DNA from: a virus
DNA: 64,000 bases
IMG/VR virus record: IMGVR_UViG_3300028384_001046
Span: 46,916 to 110,915 of that record
Strand: one strand, 5' to 3'
The position numbers and the translations under genes are program-made. Under the pieces are notes generated by a model, which saw nothing but the letters and a program-made list of their open reading frames with translations, had not been told where the DNA came from and ran no database searches. Of the stretch, positions 8,303 through 16,929 are shown piece after piece. Positions within the stretch are counted from its first letter, which is position 1. Every line of letters begins with the position of its first letter.

Positions 8303-9457
8303 ATGAGACCCAAGGCATTTTTTATTAATGGAGGAGCTGGCAGAGTACTTTGCTCCATCCCTGCATTTGAAAAATATGCAGAAGAACATGATGATTTTAT
8401 CATTGTTGCTGAAGGAGGCACTGACTTTTTTAAGGGTCATCCCACCTTAGATGGTAAAGTCTATGATGTTTGGCACAAGAATTTGTTCCAAGAACATCTG
8501 AAACACAGAGATTGTGTTTCTCCAGAACCATACAGAATGTGGCATTACTACAACCAGAAGTGTAGTTTGACACAGGCTTTTGATATGGAAATCAACGGTC
8601 TAGAAGAACCTAGAGAACTTCCCAAACCAACTCTCAACCTCACTAAGATGGAGGTTATTGCTGGTTACAATATGGTTCAGGAAGTAAAAGCAGTAACTGG
8701 TAAAGATAAAGTAGTTGTTATCCAACCCTTCGGTAGAGGTGTCGAACAAGTAGGTGACTTTATTGCAGACGCTTCTTCTAGAAGCATGTCTCTAGTAAAC
8801 ACTGTAGACATCATCAATGACCTTAAAAAGGATTATGGTGTCATTGTCATGTCCGAAATTCAATTCCCTGTAGAAGAAAACGAAGATAAGTCTAAGTATA
8901 AAATTGCAAGACCCCAGATTGAAGACATTCGAGTTTGGGCATCTGTAATTGATGTTGCAGACCACTTCCTAGGTGTGGATAGTATTGGTCAACATATCTG
9001 TAAGGCTTTAGATAAAAAGGCAACCGTTGTAATCGGATCCACATATCCAGTCAATATTTCTTATCCAGAAGATAAGAACTTTGATATCATTGATATTGGT
9101 TTGGATAAGAGAAAATATTCTCCCATTAGATTGACAATGGATGAAGCTGTTGATCGTTATAATGATCAATCAATGGAAATGTCTAAAGATGATATTAGTA
9201 AAGTTCTAAGTTCTGTTAGAAAAGCTATGGGTAAACCCGCTACTTTTAAGGGAACTTACACTCCTGTTCAACAACAGCAAGATTGTCCTACATGCCCACC
9301 AGGAACTAAGACAACTCCCGCCGTTGCACCAGGAAGCGCTGCAATGATGCCGCAACAACAATGGAATCAACCACCAGTTATCGCGGAGAAACCCAAAAAA
9401 CCAAAAGTAGGATTCAAACAGGAAGTAAAGAATCTCTTAAAGACTGAAACTAAGTGA
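8303..9457 (+). CDS. Glycosyltransferase, GT-B fold, GT9 (heptosyltransferase)-like
   Basis: N-terminal 'GGAGRVLCSIPAF' (compare WaaC 'SMGDVLHTLPAL'), 'VVVIQPFG', and C-terminal 'ADHFLGVDSIGQHICKALDKKATVVIGST'. Confidence 0.6.
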   Translation: MRPKAFFINGGAGRVLCSIPAFEKYAEEHDDFIIVAEGGTDFFKGHPTLDGKVYDVWHKNLFQEHLKHRDCVSPEPYRMWHYYNQKCSLTQAFDMEINGLEEPRELPKPTLNLTKMEVIAGYNMVQEVKAVTGKDKVVVIQPFGRGVEQVGDFIADASSRSMSLVNTVDIINDLKKDYGVIVMSEIQFPVEENEDKSKYKIARPQIEDIRVWASVIDVADHFLGVDSIGQHICKALDKKATVVIGSTYPVNISYPEDKNFDIIDIGLDKRKYSPIRLTMDEAVDRYNDQSMEMSKDDISKVLSSVRKAMGKPATFKGTYTPVQQQQDCPTCPPGTKTTPAVAPGSAAMMPQQQWNQPPVIAEKPKKPKVGFKQEVKNLLKTETK

Positions 9458-9466
9458 GGTATTTAA

Positions 9467-11263
9467 ATGTCACAATGGATTGCGGCTATTGCCCGAGGAC
9501 ATAACTCGGGTCTTTGTCTCCTGAAAGATGGAGAAATTGTATTATCGATTGAGGAAGAAAGACTTTCTAGGAACAAGTATGATGGTGGTCCATATGCTTG
9601 TATGACCAGAATCCTGGATTTTACTGACAAACTAGACTATCTTGTTATTGCACATACCCAACCACTAAGTGAGGCTGGTCATTGTGATTTTAGTGGAGAT
9701 CCAATCTATGTTGCATTAGCAAGAAAGTTGGGGTTGATTGATAGACATGCAAACCCACATGAACATCCACAAGTTATTGACCTAAGTTCTACTCATCATA
9801 AACTTCATGCAGCATGTGCATTTTATAGATCAGGTTTTGATCGCGCTGCTGCAGTTGTTGTTGATGGTGCAGGCACTTTTATTCCCATGAATATTAATGG
9901 GGAAAATGAAATGACATGGGAACTAGAGTCCATGTTTAATTGTGAGTATCCATCCGAATTTAAAACTGTCTACAAGCACCAAGGTGGAAGAGGTCCATGG
10001 GGATCTATTAGATTTGAAGAGTTTAGTAGTGAGAGAGAAGGTGAAGAAGGCACTCATGAGATGATTCTTGATGAGAGCGCTGGCATTACCAAAGCGTATG
10101 AAGCGGTAACTCAATATTGTGGTTGGGCACCTATCGAAGCTGGTAAGACTATGGGTTTATTCCCATATGGAAAACCCAACGATCATATTCCAGATGTATA
10201 TACCGATTATAATGGTACTGCAACATGGAAAACATCTAATAGGGACCTTATTGTACCAACCTATCCTAACGGTGCCGTAGTCAACCAGGGGCGGTTTAAG
10301 TTCCTTCAGACTGACTATGACTATGAAGGAGATAAGACCCTCTTAGAGAACCGTAGAGACATGGCATACGCCATTCAAGTAGAGTCTCAGCAAATGGTTT
10401 TGGATCTTATTCGTAAAGTTGTAGATATGACTGGTCAAACTAATGTTGTATTGACTGGTGGATATGCATTAAATTGTGTTGCTAACTATTGGTATCTTGA
10501 ACAACTCAAAGATGAAGGTATTAACTTATTCGTAGAACCAGTAAGTAATGATGCTGGTACTGCAATTGGAGCAGCACTCCTTCAATATCATAGAGTAACG
10601 AAAGATGCACAAGTCCGTGAACCACTAAAAACCCTTTATACTGGATTTGAATACATGTATGCAACCGATGAAATTGTAGATACTGCAGATAAGTATGAGT
10701 CTACGAGAGTCTTTGAAGCTACAAACAAAGATGTAATTGATCTAATTACCAACAAAAATATTGTTGCTGTTTTCCAAGGTAGATCTGAAGCTGGTCCTAG
10801 AGCACTGGGCAATCGTTCTATTCTATATGATCCTCGCGATCCTGATGGAAAAGACTTTGTTAATAAGGTAAAACGTCGTGAATATTTCCGACCATTCGCT
10901 GGGTCAATTCTAAAAGAACATGTTCATGAATGGTTTGATCTTCGTGGCATGGATGAAACTCCATTTATGATGTATGCTGTTAAGTGTAAGGAGGGTATTG
11001 AGGAAAAAATTCCTGCAATTATTCACGTTGATGGAACTTGTAGAATCCAAACAGTCACTGAAGAACAGAACAAAAATTATCATGATCTGATTAGAGAGTT
11101 CTATGAAGCTACTGGTTGTCCTATTGTCTTCAACACTTCTTTTAATCTGGGTGGCGAGCCTCTCGTTGAAACACTTGATGACGCTTGCAGAACCCTCGCT
11201 AACTCTGATATTGAATACCTGTACTTGCCCGAATATGGTTTGATGATTGAGGTTAAAAACTAA
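9467..11263 (+). CDS. O-carbamoyltransferase (NodU/CmcH/TobZ family), full length
   Basis: EEERLSR.K, HHKLHA, VVDGAG, GKTMGL.PYG, GG.ALNC.AN, DAGTAIG, EAGPRALGNRS, KRRE.FRPFA, HVDGTCRIQTV, NTSFN. Confidence 0.92.
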   Translation: MSQWIAAIARGHNSGLCLLKDGEIVLSIEEERLSRNKYDGGPYACMTRILDFTDKLDYLVIAHTQPLSEAGHCDFSGDPIYVALARKLGLIDRHANPHEHPQVIDLSSTHHKLHAACAFYRSGFDRAAAVVVDGAGTFIPMNINGENEMTWELESMFNCEYPSEFKTVYKHQGGRGPWGSIRFEEFSSEREGEEGTHEMILDESAGITKAYEAVTQYCGWAPIEAGKTMGLFPYGKPNDHIPDVYTDYNGTATWKTSNRDLIVPTYPNGAVVNQGRFKFLQTDYDYEGDKTLLENRRDMAYAIQVESQQMVLDLIRKVVDMTGQTNVVLTGGYALNCVANYWYLEQLKDEGINLFVEPVSNDAGTAIGAALLQYHRVTKDAQVREPLKTLYTGFEYMYATDEIVDTADKYESTRVFEATNKDVIDLITNKNIVAVFQGRSEAGPRALGNRSILYDPRDPDGKDFVNKVKRREYFRPFAGSILKEHVHEWFDLRGMDETPFMMYAVKCKEGIEEKIPAIIHVDGTCRIQTVTEEQNKNYHDLIREFYEATGCPIVFNTSFNLGGEPLVETLDDACRTLANSDIEYLYLPEYGLMIEVKN

Positions 11264-11670
11264 TGAAGACAGTTTTTGTTAATGGTACATTTGATATCCT
11301 TCATCCAGGACACATTGAATTATTTCGAGTAGCAAAGTCTCTTGGTGATCGTGTAGTCGTCGCTACTGATAGTGATGCTAAGATCAAAAAAGACAAGGGA
11401 CCAACTAAACCGATTAATGATTTGTGTTATCGAGTATCAATGCTTAAGTCAATTAAGTATATTGATGTTGTTCATTATTTCCATGACAGATCTGGTTTGG
11501 AGAGTTTAATTAGGCTCTATAGACCAGATATTCTCCTTTTGGGGGGTGATTGGGAAGGCGGAGATGTTGTCGGTAAAGATCTTGCCAAAGAAGTTAGATT
11601 TCTTCCAAGAGTAGGAGACTACTCATCTAGTGCTGTTATTAATAAAATTCTAACAAATCATTCAACCTGA
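11263..11670 (+). CDS. Sugar-1-phosphate nucleotidyltransferase (RfaE domain II / HldC-like)
   Basis: GTFDILHPGH HIGH-type motif, 'KG..KPIN....R..ML', 'PDILLLGGDW', 'YSSS.VINKI'. Confidence 0.8.
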   Translation: MKTVFVNGTFDILHPGHIELFRVAKSLGDRVVVATDSDAKIKKDKGPTKPINDLCYRVSMLKSIKYIDVVHYFHDRSGLESLIRLYRPDILLLGGDWEGGDVVGKDLAKEVRFLPRVGDYSSSAVINKILTNHST

Positions 11671-12455
11671 TGAATTATAATATATTAGTTATTGGCGACT
11701 CCTGTGAAGATGAATATATCTATGGAGATTGTTCTAGATTAAATCCAGAGGGACCCATTCCCGTTCTTGATAAAACTTCTACAGAAGTCAAGGCAGGAAT
11801 GGCAGCAAATGTTAATGCAAACTTGAAGTCACTTGGAATTAAAACTAATCTAATTACTCAAAAAGAGACAATCAAAAAAACAAGATTTGTTGATAGAAAG
11901 AGTAATTATCAATTACTTAGAGTTGATTCTACACCTGAGGTGACTCCTTTAAGCGCTCCTCAGGTCAAGATGGCATTCATGCACAGTCGATATGATGCAT
12001 TAGTAATATCCGATTATAATAAGGGGTTTCTTACAATCCAATCAATGCAGACTATTTGTACGTATTTTAGGGGTCCTATTTTCATTGACACTAAAAAGAC
12101 TAAGTTATTCCAACAATCTAATGTTTTTTACAAAATAAACAAGAAGGAATATGATCTACTTGATAGGGAATATATGCCCAGTGATACTAATCTAATCGTC
12201 ACTTTGGGAGCAAACGGATGCAAATGGAGTGGTATCCATTTTCAACCAAGAACTGTCAATGTATTTGACGTATGCGGAGCTGGTGATACCTTTCTCGCGG
12301 CATTAGTTTCTGAGTTTCTTGTTACAAAAGATATGCAAAGGTCTATTGATCTTGCAAATAGAGCAGCTTCTATCTCTGTAGAAAACCCAGGAACATATCA
12401 ACTAACTAGATCTGATATTGAGAGGATTTATAATGAGCGAATTCAAACAACCTAA
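11670..12455 (+). CDS. PfkB-family sugar kinase (RfaE domain I / HldA-like heptose-7-phosphate kinase)
   Basis: 'ILVIGD...D.YIYG...RLNPEGPIPVL', 'GMAANV..NL.SLG', 'ISDYNKG', 'VFDVCGAGDTF'. Confidence 0.85.
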   Translation: MNYNILVIGDSCEDEYIYGDCSRLNPEGPIPVLDKTSTEVKAGMAANVNANLKSLGIKTNLITQKETIKKTRFVDRKSNYQLLRVDSTPEVTPLSAPQVKMAFMHSRYDALVISDYNKGFLTIQSMQTICTYFRGPIFIDTKKTKLFQQSNVFYKINKKEYDLLDREYMPSDTNLIVTLGANGCKWSGIHFQPRTVNVFDVCGAGDTFLAALVSEFLVTKDMQRSIDLANRAASISVENPGTYQLTRSDIERIYNERIQTT

Positions 12456-12978
12456 TCCAATATTTTGGATGCCTTTCTTTATCGAACCAATCGATGTCGA
12501 TAAATTAGAATTTAAAGAGGAACCAAACTATAAACCAACGTTTATTTCAAGAACTCCAACTACAATGGAGGAGGATTGTCTCACTGATGAATCATACAAT
12601 TATCTTGGTAGATTGATTTGGGAATGTATTGGTCAATATACAGAAAAACCTTTTTTCATTGGTTCTGTTTGGCGTAATAAGTATGGAAAGACTGATTGGC
12701 AAGATCCACATATTCATTCTGGAGCTCAATGGAGTTTTGTAATTTACGTGGATGTTGAAGAGTCCAAGACAGTTTTTCTTTCTCCAAGCAGACACGATCA
12801 GATGAATCAATGGGGATATTTGGGTAACGCATTTCCTATTGATTATTCACCTAAAGTTTCTCCTGGAAATATTATAATTTTCCCATCATTCATCGAACAC
12901 TTTGTTCCCCCTGGAAATGAAGGTATAACTATATCAGGTAACATTTATTATGATCAACCCCCTGGAGGACCATGCTAA
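12433..12978 (+). CDS. Putative 2OG-Fe(II) oxygenase
   Basis: 'WRNKY...DWQDPHIH', 'WSFVIYV', 'IIIFPSFIEHFV', 'TISGNI'. Confidence 0.7.
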   Translation: MSEFKQPNPIFWMPFFIEPIDVDKLEFKEEPNYKPTFISRTPTTMEEDCLTDESYNYLGRLIWECIGQYTEKPFFIGSVWRNKYGKTDWQDPHIHSGAQWSFVIYVDVEESKTVFLSPSRHDQMNQWGYLGNAFPIDYSPKVSPGNIIIFPSFIEHFVPPGNEGITISGNIYYDQPPGGPC

Positions 12979-14129
12979 AAAAACAAGTAGGGTTTAATCT
13001 GACACATGATTCATCGGTATCAGTTTTAGATGAAGATGGTGACATAGAGCTTTTTGTAGAAGAAGAAAGATTAAGCAGAATTAAACATGATAGCATTCCA
13101 TTCAAAGCATGTGATCTTGTTCTTGGTGGACTTACTTTGCAAGAGATTGAAAAATATGAACTGGGTGCAAGTGGATTAATATACAGAGATGAATATGGAG
13201 CAACAAGATTAAATACTTATTATGACCCACTGATTATTAATACTGTTAAATCATTAAAAACTGCCGTACAGGATCGCTCCATTGAAAACTATGAACTAAT
13301 AAAGAAAAAATTTGATATATTTTATGAGCATCACTTATTTCATGCTTATTGTGGATTCTATAATTCTGGATTTGATGATGCAGTTACAGTTGTAGTTGAT
13401 GGTATGGGAAATTCTGTAATTGATAATACGGGGTCTTTCAACGAAGATACAAATGAGGTTGCTTCAATATTCGATGCATCTTATCCAAAGAATATGAATT
13501 ATTTGGGAGGAATGGCTACACATTCTACTCATAGTCCTTGGGAGAGTCAAAATACAAACCATGATGGTAATTGGACATGTGGAATTGGCATGGCATATTC
13601 TGCAGTATCTGCTTACATGGGTTTTGGACAACTTGGATCTGGAAAACTAATGGGTCTTGCTCCGTATGGTAAAGAAGATCCAAATATTAGACCTTTTCTT
13701 CTTGACAATGGATTTCATGTAAATTCATCTCTTTTTTATAGGACCACAAATGGATGTAATTTTGTTCCATATGATTATTTGCCTCGATGTGGAGATGGAG
13801 AATCTTTCGATATTGAAAATAATTTTGAAAAATTAGCTAATCTTGCTTGGAGGATTCAAGAAGATTTTCAGAAACACATGTTGAAAATTTTATTGGATGC
13901 TCTTAAAATGACAGGACGTAAAAATATTATTTTAACTGGTGGATGTGCTTTAAATTGTGCTGCAAATTACTGGTATTTGGATAAGTTGCCAAAAGATGTT
14001 AAACTATATGTGGAACCCATCAGTACTGATGCTGGAACTAGTCTTGGGATAGCCAAGGCTCAACATTATTCCAAAACTGGTTCCATGAAGAAACACCCAC
14101 TTAAAACCTTATACTTAGGACCCGAATGA
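12972..14129 (+). CDS. Carbamoyltransferase, N-terminal (Kae1-like) domain only
   Basis: HDSS, EEERLSRIKHD, HHLFHA, VVDGMG, GKLMGLAPYG, GGCALNCAAN, DAGTSLG; ends at 'LYLGPE' with no C-terminal domain. Confidence 0.85.
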   Translation: MLKKQVGFNLTHDSSVSVLDEDGDIELFVEEERLSRIKHDSIPFKACDLVLGGLTLQEIEKYELGASGLIYRDEYGATRLNTYYDPLIINTVKSLKTAVQDRSIENYELIKKKFDIFYEHHLFHAYCGFYNSGFDDAVTVVVDGMGNSVIDNTGSFNEDTNEVASIFDASYPKNMNYLGGMATHSTHSPWESQNTNHDGNWTCGIGMAYSAVSAYMGFGQLGSGKLMGLAPYGKEDPNIRPFLLDNGFHVNSSLFYRTTNGCNFVPYDYLPRCGDGESFDIENNFEKLANLAWRIQEDFQKHMLKILLDALKMTGRKNIILTGGCALNCAANYWYLDKLPKDVKLYVEPISTDAGTSLGIAKAQHYSKTGSMKKHPLKTLYLGPE

Positions 14130-14452
14130 GATATAACGTGGATATAGACGGCACTATCTGTATTCCTGGAAAGGGAGAAGGTAGATATACTGAAGCTGTA
14201 CCTATCCCAGAAAGGATCGCTAAAATAAATGATCTATATATTAAAGGACATCAAATAATCTACCATACTGCTAGAGGTATGGGTACATTTGATAATGATA
14301 GAGAAAAGGCTAAAGAAAAGTATTATGACTTCACCCTAAAACAGCTTCGCAGTTGGGGGTGTATGTTCCACGATCTTTTCCTAGGGAAACCTGCCGCCGA
14401 CTATTACATTGACGACAAAGGAGTAAACTCTGATGATTTCTTCAAGACCTAG
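14126..14452 (+). CDS. HAD-superfamily phosphatase
   Basis: DIDGTI motif I, 'HTARG' motif II, 'GKP.ADYYIDDK' motifs III/IV. Confidence 0.85.
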   Translation: MRYNVDIDGTICIPGKGEGRYTEAVPIPERIAKINDLYIKGHQIIYHTARGMGTFDNDREKAKEKYYDFTLKQLRSWGCMFHDLFLGKPAADYYIDDKGVNSDDFFKT

Positions 14453-14807
14453 AGCAGGGGAACCGATCAAATTCGTATCCAAAGGATGGGGATATGAAAA
14501 ATGGATCGTTAACTCCGAACAATATTGTGGTAAACTCCTTTTCATTGCAAAAGGAAAACAATGTTCTTGGCACTTTCATAAAAAGAAAGACGAAGTTTTC
14601 TACGTCCAAAGTGGAAAAATTAAAATCTACTATGGATGGGACGACAATATTGAGATGGCTAGTGTATCTGTCTTGGAACCAGGAGATAAGTTTCATGTTC
14701 CTATTGGAATGAAACATAGAATGTATGGTCTTTCGGATACTGAACTATTTGAGTTTAGTACAGAACACTTTGATGAAGACAGTAATAGAATTCAACCTGG
14801 GGATTGA
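14433..14807 (+). CDS. Cupin, sugar-phosphate isomerase-like
   Basis: 'KGWGYEKWI', 'SWHFHKKKDEVFYV', 'PGDKFHVPIGMKHRM' cupin motifs. Confidence 0.7.
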   Translation: MISSRPRAGEPIKFVSKGWGYEKWIVNSEQYCGKLLFIAKGKQCSWHFHKKKDEVFYVQSGKIKIYYGWDDNIEMASVSVLEPGDKFHVPIGMKHRMYGLSDTELFEFSTEHFDEDSNRIQPGD

Positions 14808-15412
14808 TGAAAGCAGAAAAGATAACTGACCTGATTGTGGTTTTGAAAAATCACATTCCAGATGATACTTGTGATGAAATACTAGAATGGTTTGAATTAA
14901 ATAAACATCTACAAACAGATGGATGTGTTTATAGCACAGAAGGAGATCAAGATAAAGGTGCCAAAGTTGACAAAGATTTTAAGAATGCTATTCAAACTCT
15001 AGTTCCTCCAGGAGCATCTATCTCAGACAAAATGACAGAGATCACCATGTCTGCCTTCAGAGAAGCTGGTTCTAGATATCCAGTTCCAGAAAATAGTATG
15101 ACCTTAAATGATTATTGCGTTAGAGTATATCCCAAAGACGAAGGGATATTTAAGACTCATGTGGATCAACACGCATTTGGAACCGTAAGTAGATTATTTG
15201 CTTGCATTATGTATCTTAATGATGTTGAGATTGGTGGGGAAACTGAATTTCCAGACTGGAACATAGCAGTAAAACCAGAGAAAGGAAAAGTTTTATTGTT
15301 CCCATGCAATTATCTTTTCAAACATAAAGGCAATGTTCCTATCTCAAACGAAAAATATATTGCTACAAACTTCATTAACTTTATGATGCAAGATATTCCT
15401 CTAGTGTCTTGA
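14807..15412 (+). CDS. 2OG-Fe(II) oxygenase (prolyl-4-hydroxylase-like)
   Basis: HVD...YLND...GGETEF...KG..LLFP...H...KY. Confidence 0.85.
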   Translation: MKAEKITDLIVVLKNHIPDDTCDEILEWFELNKHLQTDGCVYSTEGDQDKGAKVDKDFKNAIQTLVPPGASISDKMTEITMSAFREAGSRYPVPENSMTLNDYCVRVYPKDEGIFKTHVDQHAFGTVSRLFACIMYLNDVEIGGETEFPDWNIAVKPEKGKVLLFPCNYLFKHKGNVPISNEKYIATNFINFMMQDIPLVS

Positions 15413-16184
15413 GTCTATAATTCAACCATTCCATATCTGCACAGGTGTAGTCTTGATACTTACCTTTCAGATGATCAGGGAAAGGAATCATTTCGATTTC
15501 TCCCCCTTCTTTTTTAGCAATTAACTCTGCAACTCTCTGGAATGACATTGGTTTACCAGTTCCGATGTCATAGATTCCACTAGGAGCATCATTATTCATG
15601 ACAATATTGACTATATCATCTACACATACAAAGTCTCGATAAAACTTATCGGATCCTTCAAATAATTTTAGTTTTCCTGTCTCTTTAATCTGTTTAGTAA
15701 ACTTTGAAACGGGACTTGCTTGATCTCCCTTATGGTCTTCACCAGTTCCATATACATTAAAATATCTAAATCCTTGGATACTCTCAAACCGATCTAGATT
15801 GTCCAATACGTAATAATCTATGATTAGTTTTGAAATTGCATATTGATTTAAGGGATTTATTTTTCTACATTCTTTTGTTTGATTGCCATACACAGATGCT
15901 GAAGACGCATACTTAATAGGAATCTTGTGTTCTATCGCATGAGAGAAGAGATGAGCAGTAAAGGTTTGGTTGTAGTGGGAGATCTTCATCCAGTTTTTTT
16001 CTGTAGTGGATGAGATTGCTCCATTATGAATGATTAGATCTACATTTTCCCAACCATTGAATTTAGCCATGAAATCCCATGCATTATCCATATCAATACC
16101 GATAACGTCACGTTCTGCTTCATTTTCAAGATATTTTAAAAAGTGGGATCCAATGAATCCCTTATAACCAGTAAGTAAGATCAT
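15381..16184 (-). CDS. hldD: ADP-L-glycero-D-manno-heptose 6-epimerase-like SDR
   Basis: 'TG.KGFIGS', 'HNGAISSTTE', 'YASSASVYG', 'PLNQYAISK', 'GFRYFNVYG..EDHKG.QAS', 'LFEGS..F.RDFV.VDD', 'LKGKYQ.YTCAD'. Confidence 0.85.
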   Translation of the reverse strand: MILLTGYKGFIGSHFLKYLENEAERDVIGIDMDNAWDFMAKFNGWENVDLIIHNGAISSTTEKNWMKISHYNQTFTAHLFSHAIEHKIPIKYASSASVYGNQTKECRKINPLNQYAISKLIIDYYVLDNLDRFESIQGFRYFNVYGTGEDHKGDQASPVSKFTKQIKETGKLKLFEGSDKFYRDFVCVDDIVNIVMNNDAPSGIYDIGTGKPMSFQRVAELIAKKEGGEIEMIPFPDHLKGKYQDYTCADMEWLNYRLKTLEEYLAS

Positions 16185-16891
16185 CAGTATATTATCCTTG
16201 GAATAGGTAGAAATATTGATTGAGCGAGTCTATACACCTGTTGATCAAAGTGACCTGGATGTTGATATACACCATGAAGAAAATTATCTGGATATACAAT
16301 CAATCTATTGTATTTCATTTCTGCTAAGTGAACAAGTTCCCAAGGACCAACACTATCTCTTACAATATCTTCGTTCCAGATTCCAGATTGGTTTACATCA
16401 ACACAACTCATTCCCTTATAAGTATAAAATCCAGTGCCACCATGACATTCTTCTGGCGTGTTTAAATAAATTACACCTGCCCAACCCCTAACTAAATTTT
16501 TACTATCTATAGGAGAATCTACGTGTGGAATAAGTACTTGATCTGATGCAGTTACATTTACCGAGAATGTAAGTTGTTTGCATCCAAAGACAAATCGTTC
16601 TTCTTCTTCTTTTGACAATCCATAAACTGATTTGGCTATGTCAATCCAGATTGGAACTAAATGATCAAGATCAAAATTTGCACTAACTCTACCACCTGGA
16701 ACTGCTCCACAAATTCTTCGATTAAAAGTTGGAGGAATTCTTAGAGCCAAATCTCGAACCTGATCGGGATTTTTATAGAAGTTATCGATGTATACGATTG
16801 GTTTTTCTTCCCACCCCATTAACTCTACTCTTGCATCCAATTCATCATTGATTGCAAAGACTTCGGATTCATTTATAAAGTACTTTTTCAT
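16184..16891 (-). CDS. DUF6445-like / dioxygenase-fold protein, paralogue of 7610
   Basis: 'IDNFYKNPDQVRDLAL', 'PHVD', 'WAGVIYLNTPEECHGGTGFY', 'MKYNRLIVY...LH'. Confidence 0.65.
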   Translation of the reverse strand: MKKYFINESEVFAINDELDARVELMGWEEKPIVYIDNFYKNPDQVRDLALRIPPTFNRRICGAVPGGRVSANFDLDHLVPIWIDIAKSVYGLSKEEEERFVFGCKQLTFSVNVTASDQVLIPHVDSPIDSKNLVRGWAGVIYLNTPEECHGGTGFYTYKGMSCVDVNQSGIWNEDIVRDSVGPWELVHLAEMKYNRLIVYPDNFLHGVYQHPGHFDQQVYRLAQSIFLPIPRIIY

Positions 16892-16897
16892 GAGACA

Positions 16898-16903
16898 TAA
16901 ATA
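16898..16903 (+). promoter_or_regulatory. Late promoter core TAAATA
   Basis: caTAAATA upstream of gp13. Confidence 0.6.
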
Positions 16904-16929
16904 TGTTGAGAACCCTATTATTATTAGGA

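Noticed and set aside
12972-14129. Pseudogene call for the short carbamoyltransferase
   Set aside because: Motifs are intact, the ORF ends at a domain boundary, no C-domain remnant follows, and it is coupled to the next gene.
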